DNA of 63,798 bases, filler included, from Octopus bimaculoides (taxonomy: Eukaryota): NCBI RefSeq assembly GCF_001194135.2. It is 5 parts of 4 records of this genome, joined end to end, with 100 filler letters (N's around TTAATTAATTAA, not from the genome) between each part and the next. Parts side by side here need not be neighbours in the genome. Positions count along the whole stretch, not along the records: positions 1 to 27,592 come from NC_068982.1; positions 27,693 to 47,128 come from NC_068983.1; 3 more parts are not named here. One strand, written 5' to 3'. Positions 23,952 through 35,400 of this stretch are shown in pieces. The notes below the pieces were generated by a model. That model saw only the letters and a program-made list of their open reading frames with translations. It ran no database searches and was not told where the DNA came from. The first letter of the stretch is position 1; each line of letters begins with the position of its first letter. A program made the translations under genes and the position numbers.

Positions 23952-24173
23952 CCCTTTCATTACCAACCTGGCTGAAACCAGTTCTGGCTCTGTAGTACAA
24001 ATGTCTTGTTTTCGTAAGTTTTGAATTAAAATCTTCCACTAAACCTTAGTCACAATTTATGTTCCTAACACTAGCTGAATGATAACTAAGTTATTTTACT
24101 AAATTCTTTGTTATATTTAAAGTAATTTAAAGAAACACAGAGCATCTCAAAATAAATACAGATAACGAAAGGG
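23952..24173. mobile_element. piggyBac-type MITE
   Basis: TTAA (23948-23951) CCCTTTC ... GAAAGGG TTAA (24174-24177); a partial related copy lies at about 5015-5100. Confidence 0.7.
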
Positions 24174-24344
24174 TTAAGCTGGTGTTTGGAATATGAATTA
24201 ACATGAAATTGGTATCAAAACGGTTAAGAGTAAGAGAGATATCAGTTTTAGGTGGTAATTATAAGAGAATACTTAAAAAGGTTATGCAAGAAAATTCATA
24301 CAAAATAGTTAATTAGAAAATTTCTTGTTAATTTATCTATATAT

Positions 24345-24650
24345 ATAGGCGTAGTCGTGTGGTTTTGAAGCATGCTTTCCAACCATGTGGGTTTTAGGCT
24401 CAGCCCCACTGCATGGCACCTTGGGCAAGTGGCTTCTACTTTAGCCCTTGGCCAATGTGTATCATTGTACCACCACTTCCGACACCTGTTGATGGTTGAT
24501 TTAGACATCTGCAACTTGGTTGTTTGGCAAAAGGGACAAATAGAATAAGTAATAGACAAAATAAGTACTAGAGATAATTTGTTTGACCCAAACCCTTCGT
24601 GGCAGTGCCCCAGCATGGCTGCAGTCCAATGACTGAAATGAGTAAAATAT
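24345..24650 (+). mobile_element. Main-family tRNA-derived SINE
   Basis: ggcgtagtcgtgtgg head, gcaccttgggcaag core and gtgccccagcatggctgcagtcc tail. Confidence 0.7.
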
Positions 24651-24667
24651 AAAAGGCATATACTTAC

Positions 24668-24790
24668 TGCGGCTGGAGATTTTGTACTCTTTAACAGTTT
24701 CCCAACAAGAATTGTTGACGGGGAATTAATATGACCAGTACTAGGGGCTGAGGCCAAAACTTTTCTGCGAGGAGTCACAGGATAGATTTT
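24668..24790 (-). CDS. MKI67: Ki-67-like protein, exon with the Ki-67 conserved domain
   Basis: Acceptor ttgactctag, donor GCA|gtaagt, 123 bp, phase 0/0. Encodes KIYPVTPRRKVLASAPSTGHINSPSTILVGKLLKSTKSPAA; STGHINSPSTILVGK matches the Ki-67 conserved-domain motif STGHANSPCTIIIGK. Confidence 0.85.
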
Positions 24791-24910
24791 CTAGAGTCAA
24801 ACAATAATAATAATAACGATCAATACTCTGATGACAGCAAAGATGAATAACCAAAGGTTTACTTACATATACAATACTAGACGTTTAATTTGCATACACA
24901 CACACCAAAA

Positions 24911-25138
24911 CAGGAAGCTGGAAAAGGTTTTTTTAGTATTATTTATTCACCATTACACATGTTTCATTTGCTAATAGGAATTAGTAAAATTTACATCTGG
25001 ATAATGTGATTATCTGATAAATTTCTAACTGGAATTACAAAACCGTACATGTCAGATAAACATGTAAGAAATTTCCTATTAGCAAATGAAACATGTGTAA
25101 TGGTGAATAATACCAAAAGTTATTTTTTCAACTTCCTG
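24911..25138. mobile_element. Palindromic MITE-like element
   Basis: Perfect 38-bp inverted repeat 24943-24980 / 25073-25110, with imperfect outer arms caggaagctggaaaa / ttttcaacttcctg. Confidence 0.6.
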
Positions 25139-25359
25139 TCTCCATATATAATAACTCTCTGCAAATAATATTTCCAGAACTTTCAACTCTAATGTGTGCC
25201 TCACGTAATTATAACAACTAAAACCTGGATTTTAAAACTGGAATAAGCAAACAATATTATCTTGGCAGGATTTGAACTCCAAACATGAGAGTCAGAAGAA
25301 ATACTGCATGCTCCTGTGTTGGTAATTATACCTGTCCTAAACAAAATGGCATTACTCTT

Positions 25360-26345
25360 TGACTCACCCTTGTACCAAGCTATTGTTGATTTGGCTAGCT
25401 GGCCCCTCAGTTGGGTTAGATTTGACAGTCTCACCTCCTCCCATGCATTCTCTCCATTTAGCAACCTTTCATAATGGCATTTCCAAGCCTTTTTCTTTGC
25501 AGAATCATTAAATGCAAATGAACCATTATCATCATCATCATCGTTTAACGTCCGCTTTCCATGCTAGCATGGGTTGGACGATTTGACTGAGGACTGGTGA
25601 AACCGGATGGCAACACCAGGCTCCAGTCTGATTTGGCAGAGTTTCTACAGCTGGATGCCCTTCCTAACGCCAACCACTCAGAGAGTGTAGTGGGTGCTTT
25701 TACGTGTCACCCGCACGAAAACGGCCACGCTCGAAATGGTGTCTTTTATGTGCCACCCGCACAAGCCAGTCCAGGGGCACTGGCAACGATCTCGCTCGAA
25801 AATCCTACAGGAGCCAGTCAGGCGGTACTGGCAACGGCCACGCTCAAAATGGTGCATCTCATGTGCCACCCGCACAAGAACCAGTCCAGGGGCACTGGCA
25901 CTGTCTTGCAATCCCAAGCACTTCAAGCCTCTGGTCCTCATGTCACAGAACAGTGGTAAACTATTCTGCTTCTCTCCTAGCCTGCCTTCTGGCTGTCTGA
26001 TACAGTTCCAGTCCTTCAAAGACTGTTTCTTTTCTCTGATGTCCCTGTCAATGGTTCGTTTGCATATTCTAACATCATGTCACCTTAGGTGGAGAAGGGA
26101 ATTTGCAACAGCCACAAATTTGGGCAGTGTCCCTCAGAAGATTGTCCCATAGGAATCTCCTGTTGTCCTCCTCTTTTTCATGAAATGCTCTGAATAACAT
26201 CTCTGACCATTCAGAGTGGCCTTAAGCTTCCAGACCGTTCTTTTCCATACTGGTTGTCTTCTTGGCAGCTTTTTAGCCCTGATTCTGAAGTCACTAATGA
26301 CTAACCTATGTTGAGGGGTGCATTCTTCACCAGGGAGTTTTGGCA
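25360..26345 (-). mobile_element. RTE-clade LINE fragment (end of endonuclease and linker), interrupted by a 3'UTR copy
   Basis: KLPGEECTPQHRLVISDFRI (APE C-terminus), RFLWDNLLRDTAQICG.C...PKVT and AKKKAWKCHYERLLNGENAWEE occur in the expected order on the minus strand. Confidence 0.75.
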
Positions 26346-26967
26346 TTTATAAACAGCCATCCTTCCCGTTTTCTAGCAATACGAACAGCCATGCTACACA
26401 GCAGTGAAACATGAGTCATGAAGGTTTGAAAGAAATGAATGTAGTTTACTCCACTCGATGTGCAATGCCAGTGTGCAGAGAAAAATTGGACATAAGAGGC
26501 ATCAAATATAGTGTGCAAGAGAGGTATTTGTGCTGGTACGGTCATGTGATGTGTATGGATGAGGACAGCTGCTTGAAGAAGTGCCAATTTCTAACTGTGG
26601 AGGGAACCCGAGGAAGAGGTAGACCCAGGAAGTCGTGGGACGTGGTGCTGAAGCATGATCTTTGGATGTGGGGTCTCACGGAAGCGGTGTCCTTTGGTGA
26701 TTTGCTGTGCTTGAGAAGACTTGTCGAGCCAAGTGAAATTGTAGCTGTGGCCGGTGCAAGTGATACGTAACAGCACCTGTGTCGGGGACATGAAGAAGGC
26801 ACTCACTACACTCTCAGAGTGGTTGGCATTAGGAAGAGCATCCAGCTATAGAAACCAAGTCAAATTCAGACTGGAACTTGGTGTAGCTCTCCAACTTGCC
26901 AGTTCCAGTCAAGCCATCTAACCCATGCCAGCATGGAAAGTGGACGATAAATGATGATGATGATGAT
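26346..26967 (+). mobile_element. RTE-clade LINE 3' end (RT C-terminus plus 3'UTR and (GAT)n tail)
   Basis: WYGHVMCMDEDSCLKKC...VEGTRGRGRPRKSWD..LKHDL, followed by the family 3'UTR and gatgatgat. Confidence 0.8.
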
Positions 26968-26989
26968 AATATATATAGATGTATATACA

Positions 26990-28020
26990 TAGGCGCGGGA
27001 GTGGTTGTGTGGTAAGTAGCTTGCTTACCAATCACATGGTCCCGAGTTCAGTCCCACTGCGTGGCACCTTGGGCAAGTGTCTTCTATTATAGCTTTGGGT
27101 CGACCAAAGCCTTGTGAGTGGATTTGGTAGACGGGAACTGCAAGAAGCCTGTCGTGTATATATGTGTGTGTGTGTGTGTCTGTTTGTCCCCACAACATCA
27201 CTTGACAACCGATGCTGGTGTTTTTATGTCCCCGCAACTTAGCGGTTCGGAAAAAGAAACCAATAGAATAAGTACTAGGCTTACAAAGAATAAGTTCTGG
27301 GGTCGATTTTCTCGACTGAAGGCGGTGCTCCAGCATGGCCACAGTCAAATGACTGAAACAAGTAAAAGAGTATATATATATATATATATCTTTGTGTCTG
27401 TGTTTGTCCTCCCACCACTGCTTCACAACCAGTGTTTGTGCACTTCCTTCCCCGTAACTTAGCAGTTTGGCAAAACCGGCCAATAAAATAAGTACCAGGC
27501 TCAAAATTCATTTGACTAAAACTTCTTGAATGCAGTGCTCCAGCATGGCCGCAGTCTAATGACAGAAACAAATAAAAGATAAAAGACAGACANNNNNNNN
27601 NNNNNNNNNNNNNNNNNNNNNNNNNNNNNNNNNNNNTTAATTAATTAANNNNNNNNNNNNNNNNNNNNNNNNNNNNNNNNNNNNNNNNNNNNCATGGGCA
27701 AGTGTCTTCTACTATAGCCTTGGGCCGACCAAAGCCTTGTGAGTGGATTTGGTAGACAGAAACTGAAAAAAGCCCGTTGTATATATATGTATGTATGTGT
27801 GTGTATATGTTTGTGTGTCTGTGCTTGTCCCCCCTCCATCGCTTGACAACCGATGCTGGTGTGTTTACGTCACCGTAACTTAGTGGTTCGGCAAAAGAGA
27901 CCGATAGAATAAGTACCAGGCTTACAAAGAATAAGTCCTGGGGTTGATTTGCTCGACTAAAGGTGGTGCTCCAGCATGGCCGCAGTCAAATGACTGAAAC
28001 AAGTAAAAGAGTAAAGAGTA
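26990..28020 (+). mobile_element. Cluster of three tandem main-family tRNA-derived SINEs (spans a scaffold join)
   Basis: Full copy at about 26990-27370 (A box TGGTTGTGTGG, B box GAGTTCAGTCCC); partial copies at about 27390-27590 and 27693-28020. Confidence 0.8.
27593..27692. other. Artificial scaffold spacer: 44 N + TTAATTAATTAA + 44 N
   Basis: Linker at 27637-27648; the same construct occurs at 47173-47184, 53660-53671 and 62706-62717. The 12-mer has stops in all six frames. Confidence 0.9.
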
Positions 28021-28036
28021 TAGAAATTGTACCAAC

Positions 28037-28127
28037 CTGTATTCTTGAAATATTCGCTCCTCTTCTTCATCTATTTCATCTTCTTTTTCATCTAATTCAT
28101 CAAGTGTTAATTCTTCTAGGGCTTTAT
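28037..28127 (-). CDS. PDCL3: Phosducin-like protein 3 (PDCL3/VIAF) internal exon; other exons not visible
   Basis: tatacag acceptor, AG|gttggt donor, 91 bp, phase 1/2. Encodes (D)KALEELTLDELDEKEDEIDEEEERIFQEY(R), aligning without gaps to PDCL3 [30 protein letters not shown] as I recall it. A PDCL2-type paralog cannot be excluded. Confidence 0.75.
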
Positions 28128-28143
28128 CTGTATAATAATAATA

Positions 28144-28169
<26 letters not shown>

Positions 28170-28179
<10 letters not shown>

Positions 28180-28400
28180 NNNNNNNNNNTAAAGGTTATC
28201 CCTGTTGTCATCGGAGCATTGGGTTCAATACCACCCAATATGAAAAAAAGCATCTGAAAACTTTAGGAATACCTTGCAATCTAGGTGTATTGCTAAAGTT
28301 GGTATTACTTGGAACTGCACACAAATTGCGTAAAGTACTGTCTGTTTGAGGTCCCTGTTGACTTGACAAACAGTACAAACCCCCAGTAGACACAATATCT
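28170..28400 (+). mobile_element. R4/Dong-type (RLE) LINE 3' end
   Basis: VIPVVIGALGSIPP...HLKTLGIPCNLGVLLKLVLLGTAHKLRKVLSV*, the typical RLE ORF terminus. Confidence 0.7.
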
Positions 28401-28429
28401 TTAATCAACAACTTTATAATAATAATAAA

Positions 28430-28700
28430 AGGAGCATTCCGTCAGTTACGACGATGTGGGTCCCGGCTGATACAATCAACGGAACAGTTTGCTCGTGAAA
28501 TTAATGTGCAAGTGACTGAGCACTCCACAGAGTGTGACAAGGCCGGCCCTTTGAAATCCAGGTACTACTCATTCTTGCCAGCTGAGTGAACTGGAGCAAC
28601 GTGAAATAAAGTGTCTTGCTCAAGGACACAACACGTCACCGGGAATTGAACTCACGACTGTGAGCCGAATGCCCTAACCACTAAGCCACACACCTTCACA
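28430..28700 (-). mobile_element. tRNA-derived SINE, third family (representative)
   Basis: Minus strand: gtgtggcttagtggttagggc A box, gagttcaattccc B box, gtgtccttgagcaagacac core. Relatives at about 35500-35755, 37200-37360, 38355-38740, 48270-48420(+), 62825-63195. Confidence 0.7.
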
Positions 28701-28703
28701 TAC

Positions 28704-28754
<51 letters not shown>

Positions 28755-28968
28755 CCTTTCTCCTAAATGCACAAGGCCTGAAATTTGTGGGGGGGGGGGA
28801 CTAGTCAATTACACTGACCCTAGTGTTCCACTGGTGCTTAATTTATCAAACCCAAAAGGATGAAAGGCAAAGCTGACCTTATTAGAATTAGAACTCAGAA
28901 CATAGTGGCAGACAAAATACCGCTAAGCATTTCTCCTGGTATGCTAATGATTCTGCCAGCTCTCTGCC

Positions 28969-29003
<35 letters not shown>

Positions 29004-29219
29004 CCTTTCTACTATAGGGACAAGGCCTGATATTTTGGGAGAGGGGTTAAGTCAATTACATCAACCCCCGTGTTCCACTGGTACTTAATTTATCAACCTC
29101 GAAAGAATGAATGACAATCAAAGTCAATCTTGGCAGCATTTGAACTGAAAATGCAAAGACAGAAGAAATATTGCAAAACATGCTTCCTGATGCTCTAACA
29201 ATTCTGCCTACTCACCACC

Positions 29220-29254
<35 letters not shown>

Positions 29255-32200
29255 GAATGAATGAATGAATGATACACGAAAAAGCTGTGTGGAAAGATGG
29301 TGTATTTTATGTGCCACCTGTACAAGAGCCAGTCCAGGGGCACTGGNNNNNNNNNNNNNNNNNNNNNNNNNNNNNNNNNNNNNNNNNNNNNNNNNNNNNN
29401 NNNNNNNNNNNNNNNNNNNNNNNNNNNNNNNNNNNNNNNNNNNNNNAATGCCGTTTTTTTCGGAGGGCAGAATCAGAATCTCCGTACTCGAAAATAAGGA
29501 GATTCTGTAAAAACAAAACAAAAAAACAAACAAACAAAAATGGGTGGGGTGGGGGTGCGGTCCACATTCTTTACATCCGCCTCTTATTTTTTCGAATCCT
29601 TAGAGTAGTGGTTCTTAATCCAGACAGTAACGACCCTTAGTGTAGGAGCGACATAATAAAATTACAAGGAGCAGTGGATGTTTGGAAGAGTCCTAATTTA
29701 TGTTAAAAATAAAATAAACCACCAGCAATAATTATATATGATGGACGGGCAGAGGCTAGTCTATTATACTGACGCAAGTGCTCACCTAGCACTTTATTGT
29801 ATCAAACTTTGAAAGGATGAAAAGCAAAGTTGACCACGTCGGAATTTGCGGTCGGAATGTAAAACCGATAGAAATGCTGCTAAGCATTTTGTCAGTTGTG
29901 CTTAACGAGTCATTTACACTGCTTATATTTCAAAAGCGTTTTCCACAGGAAAAAAAAAATCTTCGGGATTAGAATATAAAGAGTATGTTGCGTTATCAGT
30001 AGAAAATATGATCAACGATGTAACATAGGCAGTACAAATAAATTCCAAAGAGACACGTGCTGAACGAGATAGTATAAGAAAACATAACAAAACCACTGCA
30101 AAACTCAGCATCTGTTTGATAATTGCTCACCTCACACCGTGTTTTTCATTTTGCAAAATAAACGAAGAGGGCGTTTGTAAAATGTTATACTTCGAAAGAC
30201 GTTAAGTTACGAAAGGCGAAAAAACCAGAGCACAAGAGGGGCGACAGTTAGAGATGACAGCAGTGAAATCTGACACATAAAGCGAAATTAAACAATATTA
30301 AGAGTTAATTCCAGGCTTCTACCTTTTCGGACATCCTGCCGTTCTTCCTTTGATGTTATATTTACTACGGATTCTAAGTTTAAATCGAATGAAATGAAGA
30401 GCATATGAAACTATTCAAACTCTAAACGCCATGCAGCTGAAGGGCTTTTCCTTATATGGTAAGAGCCCAACTCCGAACGATTGTTTAGAGTCGACACACT
30501 CGTAGCTCTGTAGTTTTGTTAACAAGACAAGATGAGATAATAAGTGACTAGTACCACAACTATTGCTAAAAAAAAAAAAGAAAACTTTTCTATATAGAAA
30601 AGCGTCGTTTCCCCTTAACGGGGTTAAGACTTGTAATTACCAGTATCTTCAAGTGTAAGATAATTTTAAGAATATTCCATCTATAATTTCTAATGTAAAA
30701 ATTAGCTTAATACTTTTACTCTCTCATATCAAACAAACTATGTACATTTTTATCGTAAGNNNNNNNNNNNNNNNNNNNNNNNNNNNNNNNNNNNNNNNNN
30801 NNNNNNNNNNNNNNNNNNNNNNNNNNNNNNNNNNNNNNNNNNNNNNNNNNNNNNNNNNNNNNNNNNNNNNNNNNNNNNNNNNNNNNNNNNNNNNNNNNNN
30901 NNNNNNNNNNNNNNNNNNNNNNNNNNNNNNNNNNNNNNNNNNNNNNNNNNNNNNNNNNNNNNNNNNNNNNNNNNNNNNNNNNNNNNNNNNNNNNNNNNNN
31001 NNNNNNNNNNNNNNNNNNNNNNNNNNNNNNNNNNNNNNNNNNNNNNNNNNNNNNNNNNNNNNNNNNNNNNNNNNNNNNNNNNNNNNNNNNNNNNNNNNNN
31101 NNNNNNNNNNNNNNNNNNNNNNNNNNNNNNNNNNNNNNNNNNNNNNNNNNNNNNNNNNNNNNNNNNNNNNNNNNNNNNNNNNNNNNNNNNNNNNNNNNNN
31201 NNNNNNNNNNNNNNNNNNNNNNNNNNNNNNNNNNNNNNNNNNNNNNNNNNNNNNNNNNNNNNNNNNNNNNNNNNNNNNNNNNNNNNNNNNNNNNNNNNNN
31301 NNNNNNNNNNNNNNNNNNNNNNNGGGGGGGGGGGTCGATTACATCGACCTCAGTACGCAACTGGTACTTAATTTATCGACCCCCAAGGCAATCACACACA
31401 GATTGTCAGATTTATTGAAGGTAAGTGGTGGTTGAACAACGTGTTGTAAGGTGTTTTTTTTTCTTCCATAGGAAAACAATAGTTTTTGGTACATGTTTTC
31501 CGAATGCCAGTAGAATGACTATTCAAAAGACTATCCTTGATTCAGCATACGCACGTTATATTCAATGATGGCCCATCCTTAAATTGGTTACAATTTACAA
31601 AACTGTAATGGCATGAAAACTGACAGATCAAAGGTTTATGGATAGATTTATGAATTATTACAGGTCTAGAATAAAAATGGTTTTCTGCTAGTATTGGCTC
31701 AGGGGCCATGTATAACTTAATAGCATCAGCTAGTAACTTAATAGCTACGATCTGAGTGTCATTAAAAATTCACATGGTTCATTACAGTATATAATGAATC
31801 CTTGGCTGATTAAAAATTAATTTTTGTCTCGTCTAAGAGATAAAAGACATTTACGAGATAGTTAGTGGGACAAATTAATTTAGAATCTAAATTCTCATTG
31901 TATGAAACGAACAATTCCTTGTTGTATTCCTCCCCCATACATGAGGTTGGCGATAGTTAATCCGAAACTCTGCCAAATTAGTAGCGTTAACCGGTAATCG
32001 TTCGGATATTTTATATATACAAATGCGAGACAAATTTAATGAATGAAAAAAATTAAGTGTAGACTTACTTGCATTATAGCAACGTGGTTTCAAAACCGTT
32101 AGCTTCAGAAAAGACCAAATAAAGCGGTTTCAATTTCTTTCTCGGGACTCTATCAGAAGAGGGAGATAACTCTAATGACTTCCGTTAATCACTTTCAAAT

Positions 32201-32367
32201 CACTTCATAACAGACACTTGCAATCTCACTTTCCTATCTTTGTCTGTTTATTTATACATCTGACATCCTCTTGTGTCATGAATTGAAAACGAGAGGCTGT
32301 ATTATTCCATTTAACCTAAAATAACGGATAATAAGATTTCTGAACTAGAAGTGAAAGTAGTTAAAAT

Positions 32368-32461
32368 ATGGCTGTTTGTAAGTATTTTCTGCAAGGAAAT
32401 TGCCGTTATGGTAATAAATGCTGGTTCGATCATACAAGAGGCGGCAGCGGTAATAATAACA
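32368..32461 (+). CDS. NUP42: Nucleoporin NUP42/NUPL2-like, first coding exon (CCCH zinc finger)
   Basis: ATG at 32368; MAVCKYFLQGNCRYGNKCWFDH is a C-x7-C-x5-C-x3-H finger matching the NUP42 N-terminus ([22 protein letters not shown]); donor A|gtaagt. Confidence 0.85.
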
Positions 32462-33994
32462 GTAAGTTAAAACCATTTATTCATGTTGTTTATGTTTACC
32501 TTCAACTTGACTTTCGCATATTATTTCTCTTTTGGGAAATGTCTGCTTTTATTATATCTCCTGTCAAGTTCTACGTTAAAGCTGTACGTTTCGTATGAAA
32601 TGTACTTACTACGTATTATTTAAACAAAGCTATTTCCAGATAACTTTCCAATGTGACCGAACAACGTGAAAGTTTTCCTTTTGTTTTCTCTGTTGAGACT
32701 CAGTTGAAATTAGATAAAAAAAAAAATTACTTAATTGCATCAGTCAAAATACTTCTTTAGATTCACTTGTATTTTCCTAACGTTCTTATAATAGCCATCT
32801 CTTCATTTCGTGTCAGCTTTGAAATTTCTTTTTAAAAATTTAGTTTGTTACATATATCAAGGTATATTTGTAGAAAATTTCACGAAAAAATATTAATTTT
32901 CCTGGAAGTTAAGAAGAATTTAAGTGGACTCTGTTGGAATTTCCAAAACATAGTAAATACTATATGCATAGAAAATTTAATTAAAAAATATTCATTTTTC
33001 TGAAAGTTATGACCTCCCAANNNNNNNNNNNNNNNNNNNNNNNNNNNNNNNNNNNNNNNNNNNNNNNNNNNNNNNNNNNNNNNNNNNNNNNNNNNNNNNN
33101 NNNNNNNNNNNNNNNNNNNNNNNNNNNNNNNNNNNNNNNNNNNNNNNNNNNNNNNNNNNNNNNNNNNNNNNNNNNNNNNNNNNNNNNNNNNNNNNNNNNN
33201 NNNNNNNNNNNNNNNNNNNNNNNNNNNNNNNNNNNNNNNNNNNNNNNNNNNNNNNNNNNNNNNNNNNNNNNNNNNNNNNNNNNNNNNNNNNNNNNNNNNN
33301 NNNNNNNNNNNNNNNNNNNNNNNNNNNNNNNNNNNNNNNNNNNNNNNNNNNNNNNNNNNNNNNNNNNNNNNNNNNNNNNNNNNNNNNNNNNNNNNNNNNN
33401 NNNNNNNNNNNNNNNNNNNNNNNNNNNNNNNNNNNNNNNNNNNNNNNNNNNNNNNNNNNNNNNNNNNNNNNNNNNNNNNNNNNNNNNNNNNNNNNNNNNN
33501 NNNNNNNNNNNNNNNNNNNNNNNNNNNNNNNTATATATATATATATATATAAGAGAGTGTTGTAGTTCGCTTGAAACATTGTGTATTGTTTGTAAAGAAT
33601 AAAAAGTTTTGAATGGTACAACATTGCACTATAACAAATGGATTATATATTTGTTGTAATTTAGTTATATATATATATATAAATTATTAAGGTGGATTAT
33701 TCGCAATTTACAACCCAAAGACACAAGTATAGACGTGACTACCACCCTTAATCGTTTTAGTGATGTCTATACTACTTATATACGTTGTCAAACAATATTT
33801 GGGGCTATGGCATATAACTAGTTAGAATGTTACCCTTTGGTTTCTCCTCGAATATTGACGTATCTTCAGATATTCCACGCGAAATCGACGGTATCACTGT
33901 GAGCCGTTACATACCATAATCATATATTAAAAAATATACCCGCTCTATTACTTAATGAGTATGTTTTTGTTTCTCTCTCTCTCACACACACCAT

Positions 33995-34370
33995 ATATAT
34001 ATCCTTGTTTCAGTCATTTGACTGCCGCCATGCTGGAGCACCACCTTATGTCGAAGAAATCGACCCCAGGACTTATTCTCTGTGAGCCTAGTACTTATTC
34101 TATCGGTCTTTTTATGCCGAACCGCAAAGTTACGGGGACGTAAACACACCAACATCAGTTGTCAAGCGTTAAGGGGGGGACAAACACAGGCACAAACATA
34201 TACACACACATATATATGTACATATATACGACAGGCTTCTTTCAGTTTCTGTCTACCAAATCCACTCACAAGGCTTTGGTCGGCTTGAGGCTATAGAAGA
34301 CACTTGCCCAAGATGCCAAGCAGTGGGATTGAGCCTGGAACCATGTGGTTAGGAAGCACGTTTCTTACCA
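33995..34370 (-). mobile_element. Main-family SINE in NUP42 intron 1 (further copies at about 276-570, 4255-4610, 37385-37700, 39940-40335, 42320-42975, 43450-43762, 51880-52208, 54050-54400, 59890-60209, 62335-62500)
   Basis: Near-identical family sequence ttgtttcagtcatttgactgc..ccatgctggagcacc...aaatccactcacaaggctttggtc...cacttgcccaag. Confidence 0.8.
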
Positions 34371-34371
34371 C

Positions 34372-34413
<42 letters not shown>

Positions 34414-34499
34414 GTGTATGATATTGGAGGACAAATTTAAGTTTATCAAAAAACGTATATAATAACAGATAACTTTATCTATCAAAAAATCCTATGAGG

Positions 34500-35400
34500 A
34501 TGAAAAATAAACCTTTTCTATAATGTTATTCAATAAAGCCACCTTCAGCTTCAACAATTGCTTCTGTATGAGATCTAAATCACCTACATGCTCGAATGAA
34601 GTGGTCCTGGTTCATTTTGGGCATTACTCTGACTACGGCAGCTTTCAAAGAATCTTTGAATGCTATGAGTGTGTTTATTGACCTCTTTCTCAACAATGCT
34701 CCACATATAACAGTTCAATGGATTGAGATCTGGGGAGTTAGGAGGTCAAATGTTAGGGGTTATGTGATCATGAAAATTTTCAGTCACCCATTCCTGTATT
34801 ACTAGAGGCATGTGTGATAGTGCAGAGTCTTTCTGAAACACATATGACCTTCCATTGAATACACTGTCTATTTCCAGGACCTCAGTGTTGGCAGCAGAGT
34901 TAACTCTAAGGCCTTGTGGAAAGCAGTAAGGAGGCATCACGTGTCCTTCATTGCTGACAACCCCCCAAACTAGGACAGTTGCAGGAAATTTTGTATGCAT
35001 AACGCTTGGAACTTCTGTCATTTCTTCTGTTAACTTTTTGATTTTGGTTGAAAATTTTCTCGTTTCAGAAAAACCAAATCAAATCTTCTTCCGCTGGATT
35101 TTTCAGTTTGCTTAAGACCCTTTTAGGTGTGATGTAGTGTTTTCTTTTGCTTTTTCTGACAAATTGACCTTTCCTCATCATATATTACTTATATCTGATA
35201 TCTTTGTGGACAACATTTCTGACTGTTCCTTCTGATACATGAAGATCTTTTGCAATTGACTTCATGGACTTTCTGGGATTGTAATCAATGGTCTGTTGAA
35301 CTTGCTGGATAAATTCAGGTGTTCTGATGATTTCAGAGTGTTAAGAATGCTTTTTATGCTTTGATACTGGTGATATGTTTCCATCTTCAGTCTCTAGCTT
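34500..35400 (-). mobile_element. Tc1/mariner superfamily maT (DD37D)-type transposase relic
   Basis: HTKFPATVLVWGVVSNEGHVMPP..FPQGLRVNS...VFQKDSA.SH....QEW..ENFHDHITPNI followed by PPNSPDLNP; frameshifted. Confidence 0.75.

Noticed and set aside
29447-29505. SALRKKRH as PDCL3 exon 2 (ILRKKGILP)
   Set aside because: The upstream residues do not match DPNxDTEWND and a frameshift would be needed to obtain KKGI.
29923-30111. 62-aa ORF with a signal-peptide-like start (MLSFAVVLLCFLIL)
   Set aside because: Short, no recognisable homology or splice context; expected by chance in T-rich sequence.
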